Assembly: GCA_019721075.1 (NCBI GenBank) | Contig: JAHEAD010000011.1 | Coordinates: forward strand, 1-64,000 | DNA from: Candidatus Sysuiplasma jiujiangense | GTDB lineage: Archaea; Thermoplasmatota; Thermoplasmata; Sysuiplasmatales; Sysuiplasmataceae | DNA: 64,000 nt | Reading direction: 5' to 3' | Part shown: positions 50,729-59,929 of the stretch, one piece after another | How positions within the stretch are numbered: the first letter of the stretch is position 1 | Layout: every line of letters starts with the position of its first letter | Position numbers and translations under genes: made by a program | Notes under the pieces: generated by a model | The model's database searches: none | Told to the model about the DNA's origin: nothing | What the model saw: the letters and a program-made list of their open reading frames with translations, nothing else

Positions 50729-51388
50729 TTACTGCTCGAAGAGTCCCTTTTCAATCATTTCTGAAATCCTGTCATGGTCGCTTTCGCCCGGAGGAGGTAC
50801 AACAATGTGAAGGATCTGCATGTCCGTTGCAGCCTTTATACCGCGCTTACTGCCGCCTTTGACAACAACCATATCGCCCTGTCTTACGCTGAACCTGGAA
50901 GAGGATGCAACAACTTCACCTTCGCCCTTATAGACAAAAATCATCACATCGTTTGCCGGAGTATGTACGGGAATGAACTGTCCTGCCCTGAAGTATGCCA
51001 TTATGACGCGGTATCCCTCAGCTGAAAAAACAGGCACAGGAGAGAAGGAGTGCTCATCATATGTTCTCTCCTTTTCTATATTGGCAAATACAAAATCCCG
51101 TTCGTTTCCCTTCGCTTCAGAATCGCTGGCCGATTTTTTCCTGAAGACGGCAACCCACTCCGAATCATTCTTTTTGTACGCACTGTATGCCGATGAGTCG
51201 AAATCTTTCCGCTCATGTTTCATGAATTGAACGAGATGCACTGGTTCATGGTCGTTGACGACGAGCATTTCCCCGCCTGGCTCGAGTCCGTCGAAAATTC
51301 TTTCGATGTGGTTATGCCTCGCCGCGGGAGGCATGCTCCTCACATCAACAACAGTAGGCTCCGGATGTTTCTTTTCCTGATATGACAT
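50729..51388 (-). CDS. DUF2249 plus cupin domain protein
   Basis: VDVRSMPPAARH..F..L..G..VNDHEP (DUF2249), then FRAGQFIPVHTP..GEG cupin. Confidence 0.85.
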   Translation of the reverse strand: MSYQEKKHPEPTVVDVRSMPPAARHNHIERIFDGLEPGGEMLVVNDHEPVHLVQFMKHERKDFDSSAYSAYKKNDSEWVAVFRKKSASDSEAKGNERDFVFANIEKERTYDEHSFSPVPVFSAEGYRVIMAYFRAGQFIPVHTPANDVMIFVYKGEGEVVASSSRFSVRQGDMVVVKGGSKRGIKAATDMQILHIVVPPPGESDHDRISEMIEKGLFEQ

Positions 51389-51423
51389 GGAGATTAAATG
51401 ACGGCGTATGAATTAAATAGATG

Positions 51424-51443
51424 TGCCCTAACGCATTAGGGCA
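51424..51443. promoter_or_regulatory. Candidate activator site 2 (DUF2249 operon promoter)
   Basis: Perfect 8-bp-arm palindrome TGCCCTAA-CGCA-TTAGGGCA; its 14-bp core lies 7 nt upstream of TATTTAAT on the minus strand. Confidence 0.7.
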
Positions 51444-51461
51444 AGCCCACGTCAGTGAATT

Positions 51462-52724
51462 TTATCTCATTCTGAAAAGCATGACGATGAACATGGCAAA
51501 ACCTGTTGCCGAAAGAATTACAGAATAGGGTGCGGACGCCGACAGGTAATTCAACCCTGCCGCATTGAGCACATCAACTGATATCCGCCATGCGTTTCCA
51601 AGCGTGTATATCAGGATGGGGATGCTGCTCAGTCCCCTGTAAGGTGCCCTTCTTGCCAGGACCGAGACCAGAAGCGTTGGAGTGAATGACATGATACTGA
51701 CCGGCAGGAAGCCAACGCCGAGGGCGTGTATGAACGCATCCCGGATCCACGGCGCATCAGTGGAATGCAATGAAACCATCGACACGTACAGAGGCGCGAA
51801 AAGCAGGCCGGCAATGAGCCATGCGCCTGCCACCGATGAAGCGTTCCTGAAGTAGAAATATCTGCTTCTGTCACGCTCATTCATGCGGTTCATGACTTCT
51901 GGCTGCACATAATAATGAAAAATTCTGATTCCGTAGAGGAAAAGCAGGGCGCTGAGGCTCCAGAGTATTGTTACCGCAGCAATAAGAGGATAATTGCCGT
52001 CCTGCGGCAGAAACATCGAGAGAGCTGTCAGTAATATCGAGATAGATGCCGCCAGGTATGAAAGCATCAGCGACCGTTTGTTCAGTTTCACAAACCTGAA
52101 ATGTATAGTTCTTGTCTCAACGCCGAAAACCATCATTGCCGGAAATCCGAAAAGTGTGATTTCCAGAAATGGAAAGGAACTCCAGCCTGCCCTGTGCAGG
52201 AACACGTTGAAATAAAGTTTCATAAATCCGGCAACTATCAGTGAAATAAGCGAAAGCCAGAAGAATGGCTCTGCAACTGCAAGCGGTCCTTTTGGCTTAC
52301 CAAGAACGGGTGCGAGCAGCGCGAGGGATGTTACAGAGGCCAGTATAAAGAGAATGTCGCCCGATGCCTGCAATGTTGGGTTCTGGTATATCCATAATGA
52401 GTTTGCCGCTATCAGGAGGATAATTGACAGTGCGGCAGCGCCTCTTTGACCGAGTTCCGCGTTCTTGAATCTGGGAAGAACGGCGTATGATACCCCGAGA
52501 ATAAACAGCGTAAGGAAGCCAAACACTTCCATTACCGGATGGACGTAAAACAGACCGGCGGATGAATTCTGTCCGGCAAAATAATCAAATGAATACACAG
52601 AGCCAATAAATGCAGCCAGAAGAGCTAGGAATATTCCCGAAGACACGGCAGCAAAGGTCAGATAGTGCGATTTTATGATTCTTCCCCGGCTGCCGGCCGT
52701 ACCTTTCTCCGCCTCAATTTTCAT
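51462..52724 (-). CDS. NnrS-like polytopic membrane protein
   Basis: HPVMEVFGF..GVSYAVLPRF, LFGFPAMMVFG and DAFIHALGVGF; about 12 TMs. Confidence 0.7.
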   Translation of the reverse strand: MKIEAEKGTAGSRGRIIKSHYLTFAAVSSGIFLALLAAFIGSVYSFDYFAGQNSSAGLFYVHPVMEVFGFLTLFILGVSYAVLPRFKNAELGQRGAAALSIILLIAANSLWIYQNPTLQASGDILFILASVTSLALLAPVLGKPKGPLAVAEPFFWLSLISLIVAGFMKLYFNVFLHRAGWSSFPFLEITLFGFPAMMVFGVETRTIHFRFVKLNKRSLMLSYLAASISILLTALSMFLPQDGNYPLIAAVTILWSLSALLFLYGIRIFHYYVQPEVMNRMNERDRSRYFYFRNASSVAGAWLIAGLLFAPLYVSMVSLHSTDAPWIRDAFIHALGVGFLPVSIMSFTPTLLVSVLARRAPYRGLSSIPILIYTLGNAWRISVDVLNAAGLNYLSASAPYSVILSATGFAMFIVMLFRMR

Positions 52725-52772
52725 AACCGTGTTGATACGACAAGAAAATCACGTGCACGATAAACCTTTTGT

Positions 52773-52840
52773 GCCGACCTTTCAGGCTCTGCACGCAATC
52801 ACCGCGTTCACCCTCTCAAGCATGGTCCCGAATATTTGGG
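52773..52840. promoter_or_regulatory. Candidate activator sites 3 and 4 in the divergent NnrS-like/ferredoxin promoter
   Basis: GCCGACCTTTCAGG (52773-52786) precedes minus-strand TTTATC; CCCGAATATTTGGG (52827-52840) precedes plus-strand TTATATA. Confidence 0.5.
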
Positions 52841-52894
52841 ATTAATTAATTATATACGACATGCAGAAGATATCGCTGTAAGGAGTGTTTCAGG

Positions 52895-53335
52895 ATGGTT
52901 GAACTCGATACTCTGGACTATAAGCCCAAACCGATTGATCAGAATTTTCTGAACGACGAGCAGAATTACCCTGTAACGGGTGAGCATTTCGAGCATTCGA
53001 TAAGGGCAGAAGGAATTCAGAGACTTGATGCCGAAGGCAAGCCGTATCCGACAAAACTGGGCATACATGGAACAGCCGTTGCGGTTGACTGGGAAACATG
53101 CATTGCTGATGGAGCCTGTATGGACGTCTGCCCTGTGACACTTTACGAATGGGCGCTGAATCTTGGCCAGATGGGGACAGGAAACGACAGGAAGATTGCG
53201 GACGACAAGGAACTGTGGAACAAGTACAGGACAGACAAGTGCGATCCAGTCCGCGAAAAAGACTGTGTGTACTGCATGGCCTGCGTTCCGGTTTGCCCGA
53301 CAAACGCCATAAAAATCACTGAAGGCGTAATTTAG
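52895..53335 (+). CDS. zfx: Zinc-containing ferredoxin (Thermoplasma/Sulfolobus type, 7Fe)
   Basis: N-terminal extension with HxxH and GIHG; CIADGAC..CP and CVYCMAC..CP. Confidence 0.93.
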   Translation: MVELDTLDYKPKPIDQNFLNDEQNYPVTGEHFEHSIRAEGIQRLDAEGKPYPTKLGIHGTAVAVDWETCIADGACMDVCPVTLYEWALNLGQMGTGNDRKIADDKELWNKYRTDKCDPVREKDCVYCMACVPVCPTNAIKITEGVI

Positions 53336-53747
53336 CGGCGGAGCAAAAACACAAAACTCCCTGAGTGGGCTGCCGTAGCGGAAAATAGCCAGAAGGGTTC
53401 GTGGGACAGCTTCGGCGTGAGAAATTCGGTGGCAGAACTGATTATGTTTCCCGCCAGTTTGATGAATATTGCCGATCTTCCACGAACCGGGTGCGCGGCA
53501 AGGTCTGATGAACGGATGAACATGAATGTGCGCTCCAGAAACAGCACCCGGCTGGTTTCAGCATACAGAACTTCGGATGTGGCAATGTCGAACCGGAATC
53601 CTGCGGTATATGCAGCAGCGACTGCACGGCTACCGAATGTTCCAGCATCATGCAGACTAAATTGTCTTCGCCCTCTTGTAAGCAGTTACATTTCTATTTT
53701 AATATCAGTGTGCATTTTCAACGTTGCTGCCCGCAGCTCGTCTCCGA

Positions 53748-54299
53748 TCAGCTCGTCATTGCATCTACCTCGGACTGTATCAACGACTTCATAGTTGAGG
53801 CCGATATGTAGCTGGACACAAGCGAAGAATGCTGACTGTATATTACCGCGAAGATGTAGTCGCCCAGCTTTCCGTACGCGAAGCCCGAATGGCCGAGAAT
53901 GTCGAGCACCACGATGCTCGCACCCCTGTATGTCATGTTCTGCATACTCCCGCCGGAAATCTTGAGAAGAGGGCTGAACAGCGTGGTGAGGTTGAGAAAT
54001 TCTTTGTTTGAGAAACTTGTGCTCTTGAATTGTATGATGCCGAACTGCAGACTGCCCGCCGTGTTATTGAAGTACCTGCTTTCCGCCTTCACTCCGCCCG
54101 GAGGAGAGCCGGCACTGGAGGCGGGGGTGCTGATTACGCTTGATGCGGTGTAGTTGCTGTCTCCAGTGGCACTGTCCACCTGTGATGTCGATGGAAATCC
54201 TAAATGAGGCGCTGCGAACAAAGGCATAACAAAGATGAAAACGACCGCTGCCACAACTATCAGTGCGATGATGCCTCCAAGGACATGAGTGACCTTCAT
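53748..54299 (-). CDS. Membrane-anchored hypothetical protein
   Basis: Single N-terminal hydrophobic helix with a Ser/Thr-rich extracellular-looking domain. Confidence 0.65.
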   Translation of the reverse strand: MKVTHVLGGIIALIVVAAVVFIFVMPLFAAPHLGFPSTSQVDSATGDSNYTASSVISTPASSAGSPPGGVKAESRYFNNTAGSLQFGIIQFKSTSFSNKEFLNLTTLFSPLLKISGGSMQNMTYRGASIVVLDILGHSGFAYGKLGDYIFAVIYSQHSSLVSSYISASTMKSLIQSEVDAMTS

Positions 54300-54785
54300 G
54301 GCCCGTCCTCAGTGGGTTACGGTTTATATTGCTTTCAGTCAGTTTATCACTTCCGCAGATTTGTCCCTCGGCTATTCGGCGTTATAATGGCCTGCCGCAC
54401 TGACATTTCAATTCAATTTCAGTCAGTGAGACATCCGCCGGAGCTCCGCAGGATTTGGCAATCACTGCTGAAGATGCCAATATACAGATCCTGACATGCG
54501 AGACCGACGCCTTAACAAGTGCCAGTGCACAGTTAACAAGCTCGATCCTCACTGCAACCGCACAGCGAGCTGTTTTCGGATATGAATTCCTGTTTCTGCA
54601 ATGGTTTATTTTTAAGTAAAAAATCCGTTGCAGCCATCGTACTGATATCTGTTAATCCAGCATCCATTCTGTTTCACCGGAAACGAATACATCCATGGCA
54701 GTGAGCATACAGAGGCTCCAGGTATCGGATGCTCACACTTCAATGAGACAGGAAAAATTGTGAGAGAATCGACAGGATGCGGCAA

Positions 54786-55484
54786 CTACACAGAGAGTAT
54801 CGCCCAGCGCAGCCCGACATCGGATCCGCATTCAATGTGTGCGAAGGTTGTAAACAGCTTACCCCATTCAGCATCTGTTATCTGACTGACGCCCTCAACT
54901 GAAATTCGCGATACCCTGATGTATGCCGATCCTCCGGGCCTGAGTATCCTACCGATTTCACGGACCACCAAATCCCTTCTGTTCGTGCAGCAGAGCACAT
55001 TGTTGCAGAGCACAAAATCGACAGTTCCCGATTCAATGAAACTGAGGTCATGCGCGGCAGATGTGTGCATCCTGACTCTTTTCCTGGATGCCTCACCGAG
55101 ATTTGCCAGTGTCTTTCCTGTCATTTCCGGATTCAAATCCGTTGCATAAACCATACCGCCGGTGCCCACAAGCTCCGACAAAAGTGAGGTGTAGTTGCCG
55201 TTCCCGCATCCGATATCGGCTACCGTGTAACCTTCATGGACATGCGCTCGTATGACTTTCTCTGTTTCGGATGAGATGCGACGCTGATAACCGTCAGCGC
55301 AATCGGAACAGCAGAAATAATGATCCATTCCTTCGATGCGGCTGATGAATGCATCCTTCCCTTTGAATCTGCATCCGCATCCGTCTTCGCATTCGAAATC
55401 ATTCTCCGGCCTGAAGGCATTGTTCGATAAGCTGTCATCACCTGAGAACGGTTTCCTGAGCTTTTCCACATCAATCACCTGCAA
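54786..55484 (-). CDS. Class I SAM methyltransferase with an N-terminal TRASH/YHS-like metal-binding motif
   Basis: CEDGCGC..YFCCSDC, then ADIGCGNG, VDFVLCNNVLCC and RILRPGG. Confidence 0.8.
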   Translation of the reverse strand: MQVIDVEKLRKPFSGDDSLSNNAFRPENDFECEDGCGCRFKGKDAFISRIEGMDHYFCCSDCADGYQRRISSETEKVIRAHVHEGYTVADIGCGNGNYTSLLSELVGTGGMVYATDLNPEMTGKTLANLGEASRKRVRMHTSAAHDLSFIESGTVDFVLCNNVLCCTNRRDLVVREIGRILRPGGSAYIRVSRISVEGVSQITDAEWGKLFTTFAHIECGSDVGLRWAILSV

Positions 55485-55675
55485 GGCTCCTGATTGTTTC
55501 CGGGAGAGAAATTCAGGAACGTACTCAATTCAACTCATTGGACTATTTATATTTCGTTTTGGCAGGAGGACAGCCCAAGATTGGTCCGATGCGCAAAATC
55601 TGTCAGATATGTTATAAAGAGGAATTCGCATTTCGGGTTCTGTGACGAATGTCAGTATGACGCGTAACGGAAGCG

Positions 55676-56212
55676 GTGACTGAATTGAAACTGAAAGACA
55701 TAATGAGTACAGAGCTGATAACAATAGAGGAAGATGAATCTGTTTTCGCAGCCGTAAAGAAGATGCTGGACAACAAGATTTTCGGGCTCGTTGTGATAAA
55801 CAGCGAAGGTATTCCGAGCGGCCTGCTCAGCGAAAGGAGTCTAGTCAAGCGTTTCATTCTCAGGAACAGGAAACCCGAGGAGGTGCCGGTAAAAGCCGTG
55901 ATGAGAAGGCCGGTGCCATCGGTGCCGATTTCGCTTCCTCTAAGCAAGGTTGCGGAGTATCTCGTCCAGAACGGACTGGAGAGAACGACAGTCACTGACG
56001 GCGGCAAAATAGTCGGGTATGTCACGCTGACCGACATGTCGAGGTATCTTTCAAGGCAGAAAATATGGGATGTGCTGAAGTCGCACAGGACTTCCGACTT
56101 TATTTATTTCTGCCCGAAATGCGGGACAGGACACCTTAACCCTGTTTACGGGGAACATGGTGACATAAAAGTGTTTTCATGCGACAATGTGCAATGCAAT
56201 TACCAGGAATAA
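55676..56212 (+). CDS. CBS-pair protein with a C-terminal C4 zinc ribbon
   Basis: LKDIMS..GLLSERSL..VKAVM..GYVTLTD; CPKCG..CDNVQC. Confidence 0.85.
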   Translation: MTELKLKDIMSTELITIEEDESVFAAVKKMLDNKIFGLVVINSEGIPSGLLSERSLVKRFILRNRKPEEVPVKAVMRRPVPSVPISLPLSKVAEYLVQNGLERTTVTDGGKIVGYVTLTDMSRYLSRQKIWDVLKSHRTSDFIYFCPKCGTGHLNPVYGEHGDIKVFSCDNVQCNYQE

Positions 56213-56371
56213 GCGCGCGATTCGATAGCGGACAGCAGAATACCGATTCGTCTTGACTGGACTCTGTTTCCTGTCTGAAACGGAGATGGCACAGTAGAAG
56301 GCGTCTGTTGCCCGTATACCCCCCCTGAATTTGCATAAAGGGAATCAAGTCTGAACCTCTATGCCGTCAAG

Positions 56372-57172
56372 TCAATTCCGTTTTAGCGACACGCCTGTCG
56401 TTGCAGATTCTATATAAGTCCTGAAATCCGGCTGCTCTTTGTGGAATTTCCGCCATGCCATGTTCCTGTCGATGTCGTCAGAAATCAGGATACCGGAGGG
56501 TTTCAGATGCCTGGAAGCCCAACGGTATTCGTTCAGCATATGCGCTTCGGCGTGCCAGGAATCGTGTATGAATATGTCCGGTGTTTCGTTTATTTCCTCA
56601 AGCATTTTAATTGAATCTCCAGTGATTACCTTCCAGTTGTCCCTCAATTCATACGGGACAAGCCAGCCTGGAGCGAGCTTCGAACCGCAAACATCCACTT
56701 CATCAGCGATTTCGACACTTATCAGCTTACCGCCGGAATTAAGCCTCAGCGCCTCGAGTATAATCCGTGCGGAATAACCATGTGCGATTCCTGTCTCCAC
56801 AATCAGGTGAGGTTTGAATTTACGTACGAGCATGAATGTAATGCCGTGTGTTCCCTGCAAATTCCACAGATCCGGCACCCATTTCCTGCATTTTTCTTCA
56901 AGTTTGGAATATATCTCCACACCTACGGAGTGCAGAGCTGAAAGGTCGTCCCTTGAATAACACTCTTTCCGGTGGGACCAGTAATAATAGCTTATCATCA
57001 TCCAGGCTGCGCCGATTGGCAGCGATTCGAAGTGCGAACCGTCCTTGAAACAAATGTCCAATTCGCTAAAGCCGTCTTCTGAAAACTTGCTGAGACTCCG
57101 GATTGTTCTGAGCGGATTTCTCACAGACGATAGTACATATCTGGATTTTTTGAAATTTGCCCGGACGGTCAT
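56372..57172 (-). CDS. Class I SAM methyltransferase (Methyltransf_24-like)
   Basis: IVETGIAHGYS, GDS, IFIHDSWH and LISDD. Confidence 0.85.
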   Translation of the reverse strand: MTVRANFKKSRYVLSSVRNPLRTIRSLSKFSEDGFSELDICFKDGSHFESLPIGAAWMMISYYYWSHRKECYSRDDLSALHSVGVEIYSKLEEKCRKWVPDLWNLQGTHGITFMLVRKFKPHLIVETGIAHGYSARIILEALRLNSGGKLISVEIADEVDVCGSKLAPGWLVPYELRDNWKVITGDSIKMLEEINETPDIFIHDSWHAEAHMLNEYRWASRHLKPSGILISDDIDRNMAWRKFHKEQPDFRTYIESATTGVSLKRN

Positions 57173-57555
57173 TTTCGAAGGGATGTGGCGGATTATATTT
57201 ATAAATTAAGTTGGCGGTGATTGAATTCATATGCGACAAAATAACTTATCCGGATGCTTTGTTAGGAACAGCATTGAACGCTCCCTTCCGCTGATTTACG
57301 TAATCTGCCCTGCATATTGTTGTTTTTGAGTTCAAGCCGATAGGCATATCCAAATAGCAGATTGACAACAAATGCTATTTTGGCAGCCATGCTATACCAG
57401 TCACTGAAGTGCATGTAGAATGCAGCGAGATAAGACATTCTCAACGGACAGCACCACATCTATACCATGTAACAAACAAATGCCCGGTATCGCTATGCCA
57501 ACCCGCTAAAAGCAGTAGCACAATTAATATAAGATTCACAATTTCCCCATTCAGG

Positions 57556-58542
57556 ATGAATACCAAGCGGTCTGAGTTTACTCCCTTTATTACAGTAATA
57601 ATCACTGCGTATAACCGAATGGAATTTGTCATGCGGGCGATTGAGTCCGTATCTGAACAGACCTTAAGCAGAGATTTTTTTGAAATTCTTGTGGCAAGAA
57701 ACTTCAGCGACGATGAGATCGACAGATTCGCAGTCAACAATGGAGCCAGGCTGATCGGTCTTCCTCAATGCTCAATCGGAGAAATGATGCAGCTTGGCTT
57801 AAATGATGCAAGGGGTTCTCTGATATGCTTTCTTGATGATGATGATTTGTTTTCGAAGGATAAATTGAAACGTGTTTACGATACATTTTCTAAATTCCCT
57901 GATGTCGGATTCTACAAGCATCAGTTCGAATATATAGACACCGCCGGGAACAGGCTGCACAGGCTCACGGAAGAGAGACATATCTCAAACTTCAAAGGAG
58001 CTGAATATTTTTTGATCCGCGATTCAGAAAAACTTTCGAAAATCTCTCAATATTCATTGATCGGCCCTGACATGAACATCAGTACCATGTGCATAAGAAA
58101 GGATGTCTTATCGAGCGTCAGAAACTATCTGGAAAGTGTGACCTTTCTTTCCGATACTTTTTTGCTGGCGGCATCTTTGATATCACCCTATTCACTTTTT
58201 TTTGACAGTGCTTCATTGTCTAGCTATCGTGTCCACAGTAAAAGCACATCGAGACAGAGAAGGCCTTATCACTCCAATCCTGATATGGAAATGATATTGG
58301 AGATGATGGCGTCCCGGGGAAAAAGTGAGTTTGCATTCTTCTACAGGCAAAAGGAAGCTGTTGGAAAAATAATCGCGCTGATTGAAATGCAGAAAAGCAA
58401 CAGAGTTGAAATGATTAAATTGCTGTTCAATTTTCTTTCCAGCAAGACTTTGCATGATCCAAAATCTGAGCTGTGGGCAGCAAAATTAGCGATCCTTTAT
58501 CTGTTCAGTCCGAAAGCAGCTCTTCGGATCAAGAACAGATGA
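57556..58542 (+). CDS. Glycosyltransferase family 2
   Basis: ITVIITAYNR, FLDDDD and YRVH. Confidence 0.9.
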   Translation: MNTKRSEFTPFITVIITAYNRMEFVMRAIESVSEQTLSRDFFEILVARNFSDDEIDRFAVNNGARLIGLPQCSIGEMMQLGLNDARGSLICFLDDDDLFSKDKLKRVYDTFSKFPDVGFYKHQFEYIDTAGNRLHRLTEERHISNFKGAEYFLIRDSEKLSKISQYSLIGPDMNISTMCIRKDVLSSVRNYLESVTFLSDTFLLAASLISPYSLFFDSASLSSYRVHSKSTSRQRRPYHSNPDMEMILEMMASRGKSEFAFFYRQKEAVGKIIALIEMQKSNRVEMIKLLFNFLSSKTLHDPKSELWAAKLAILYLFSPKAALRIKNR

Positions 58543-58869
58543 CAGTGAGAACCGGATGCCGAACATCATGAATACCTTCTAGTGGCCTGGCATATTACCC
58601 TGACATCCAGCACCTGTAAAAGTGGTTTGACATTGTGTGTTACCCTTTAATTATATGAACACAAGCTATCCCTTTTTCGGGAATCAAATGCAGTTCTTGC
58701 ATTCGGCCAGTACCCGCTTCGGCAAGTTGTTCTTTAGCAGTCATAATGACGATAATGGAAGCCGAAGGGGAAACGGCATTCCGACTGGTGCATCCTTAAT
58801 AAGCAGGTAAATGATTTGAAATGGAAATATCTGAAACAGTGAACCCGCAGTAAAGAAGAGGAGACCGCT

Positions 58870-59901
58870 TTGATTTCCGTTATCATAACCGCATACAATA
58901 GAGAACGTTTCTTGCTTTCAGCCGTAAAATCAGTTTTGAACCAGAGTACGGACAGAAGTAAATATGAAATAATCGTCGTCAAAAATTTTTCGAACAAGGA
59001 AATCGACAGCTTTCTGGCAGCAAATAACGTGATACAAGGACTTACAGGCGACGTCTCAATAGGGGAGCAGCTATTAACCGGTCTCAACCTGTCAAAGGGA
59101 AGTATAATAAGTTTCCTGGATGACGACGATGTCTTTTCAAAAGACAAGCTGTTGTATATAGAAAGGTACTTTGATGAAGATCCTGAAATCGTCTACTGCC
59201 ATAACAGCTACTATTCAATAGACGATGATTCGAATGCGTTGAGTATGGAGTTGAGTTCTCAGGTCAGGGAAGGATTGTACCTTAAGGTTAGTTCAGACGG
59301 GAGGATAGAACTAAAACCTCGGCCTCAGGTAAGGCTGAAAGAATACGAGTTGCTCTTCAATCTAAGCTGCGTATCTGTGAGGCGTGAGATAATGGAAGAC
59401 GTGAAAGCGTTTCTGCCGCAACTGATTGACGGCACGGATCATTTTGCTTATTATGCGGGCCTGAGATCTCAGGGGAAAATGTTTTTCAGCGAGAAAAAAC
59501 TGACCGGTTACAGAATTCACAGAAGCACATCAAACATGTTTTCTTCAGGGGAATCGCTTGACACGATAAGGGAACTGACAGGCACACTCTTCGGAAACCC
59601 CAACCATTACTCACGGCTGATACTGCGAATGGTCAGGGGAACAGTGCTGGAAAGCAGAATCCGTTGCAAGTTACTGGAAGAAAAGATGGTGATCCGCTCT
59701 CAGCAGAGAGATGATGCGCCAAAGGCGACAATAGAAGATGCTTTTCGCTATGTTTTATGTGGAAGTCGGGAATTCGGCCGGTTTTCGGCGTACGATGCTG
59801 GCAAAAGACTTGTTTTTTCAATGCTGGTCTTCCTGACTGGTAAATACTCAGGCTATTTGTACAACTTTTACAGAAGAGCATCAAGGCTGAAGAGAATTTA
59901 G
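58870..59901 (+). CDS. Glycosyltransferase family 2
   Basis: ISVIITAYNR, FLDDDD and YRIH. Confidence 0.9.
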   Translation: MISVIITAYNRERFLLSAVKSVLNQSTDRSKYEIIVVKNFSNKEIDSFLAANNVIQGLTGDVSIGEQLLTGLNLSKGSIISFLDDDDVFSKDKLLYIERYFDEDPEIVYCHNSYYSIDDDSNALSMELSSQVREGLYLKVSSDGRIELKPRPQVRLKEYELLFNLSCVSVRREIMEDVKAFLPQLIDGTDHFAYYAGLRSQGKMFFSEKKLTGYRIHRSTSNMFSSGESLDTIRELTGTLFGNPNHYSRLILRMVRGTVLESRIRCKLLEEKMVIRSQQRDDAPKATIEDAFRYVLCGSREFGRFSAYDAGKRLVFSMLVFLTGKYSGYLYNFYRRASRLKRI

Positions 59902-59929
59902 AGTGTGAAGGTGTTCAAAATAACACAAC

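Noticed and set aside
53459..53512. TGATGA...CTGA in the intergenic region after zfx as a box C/D sRNA
   Set aside because: No convincing internal D'/C' boxes, terminal stem or recognisable target
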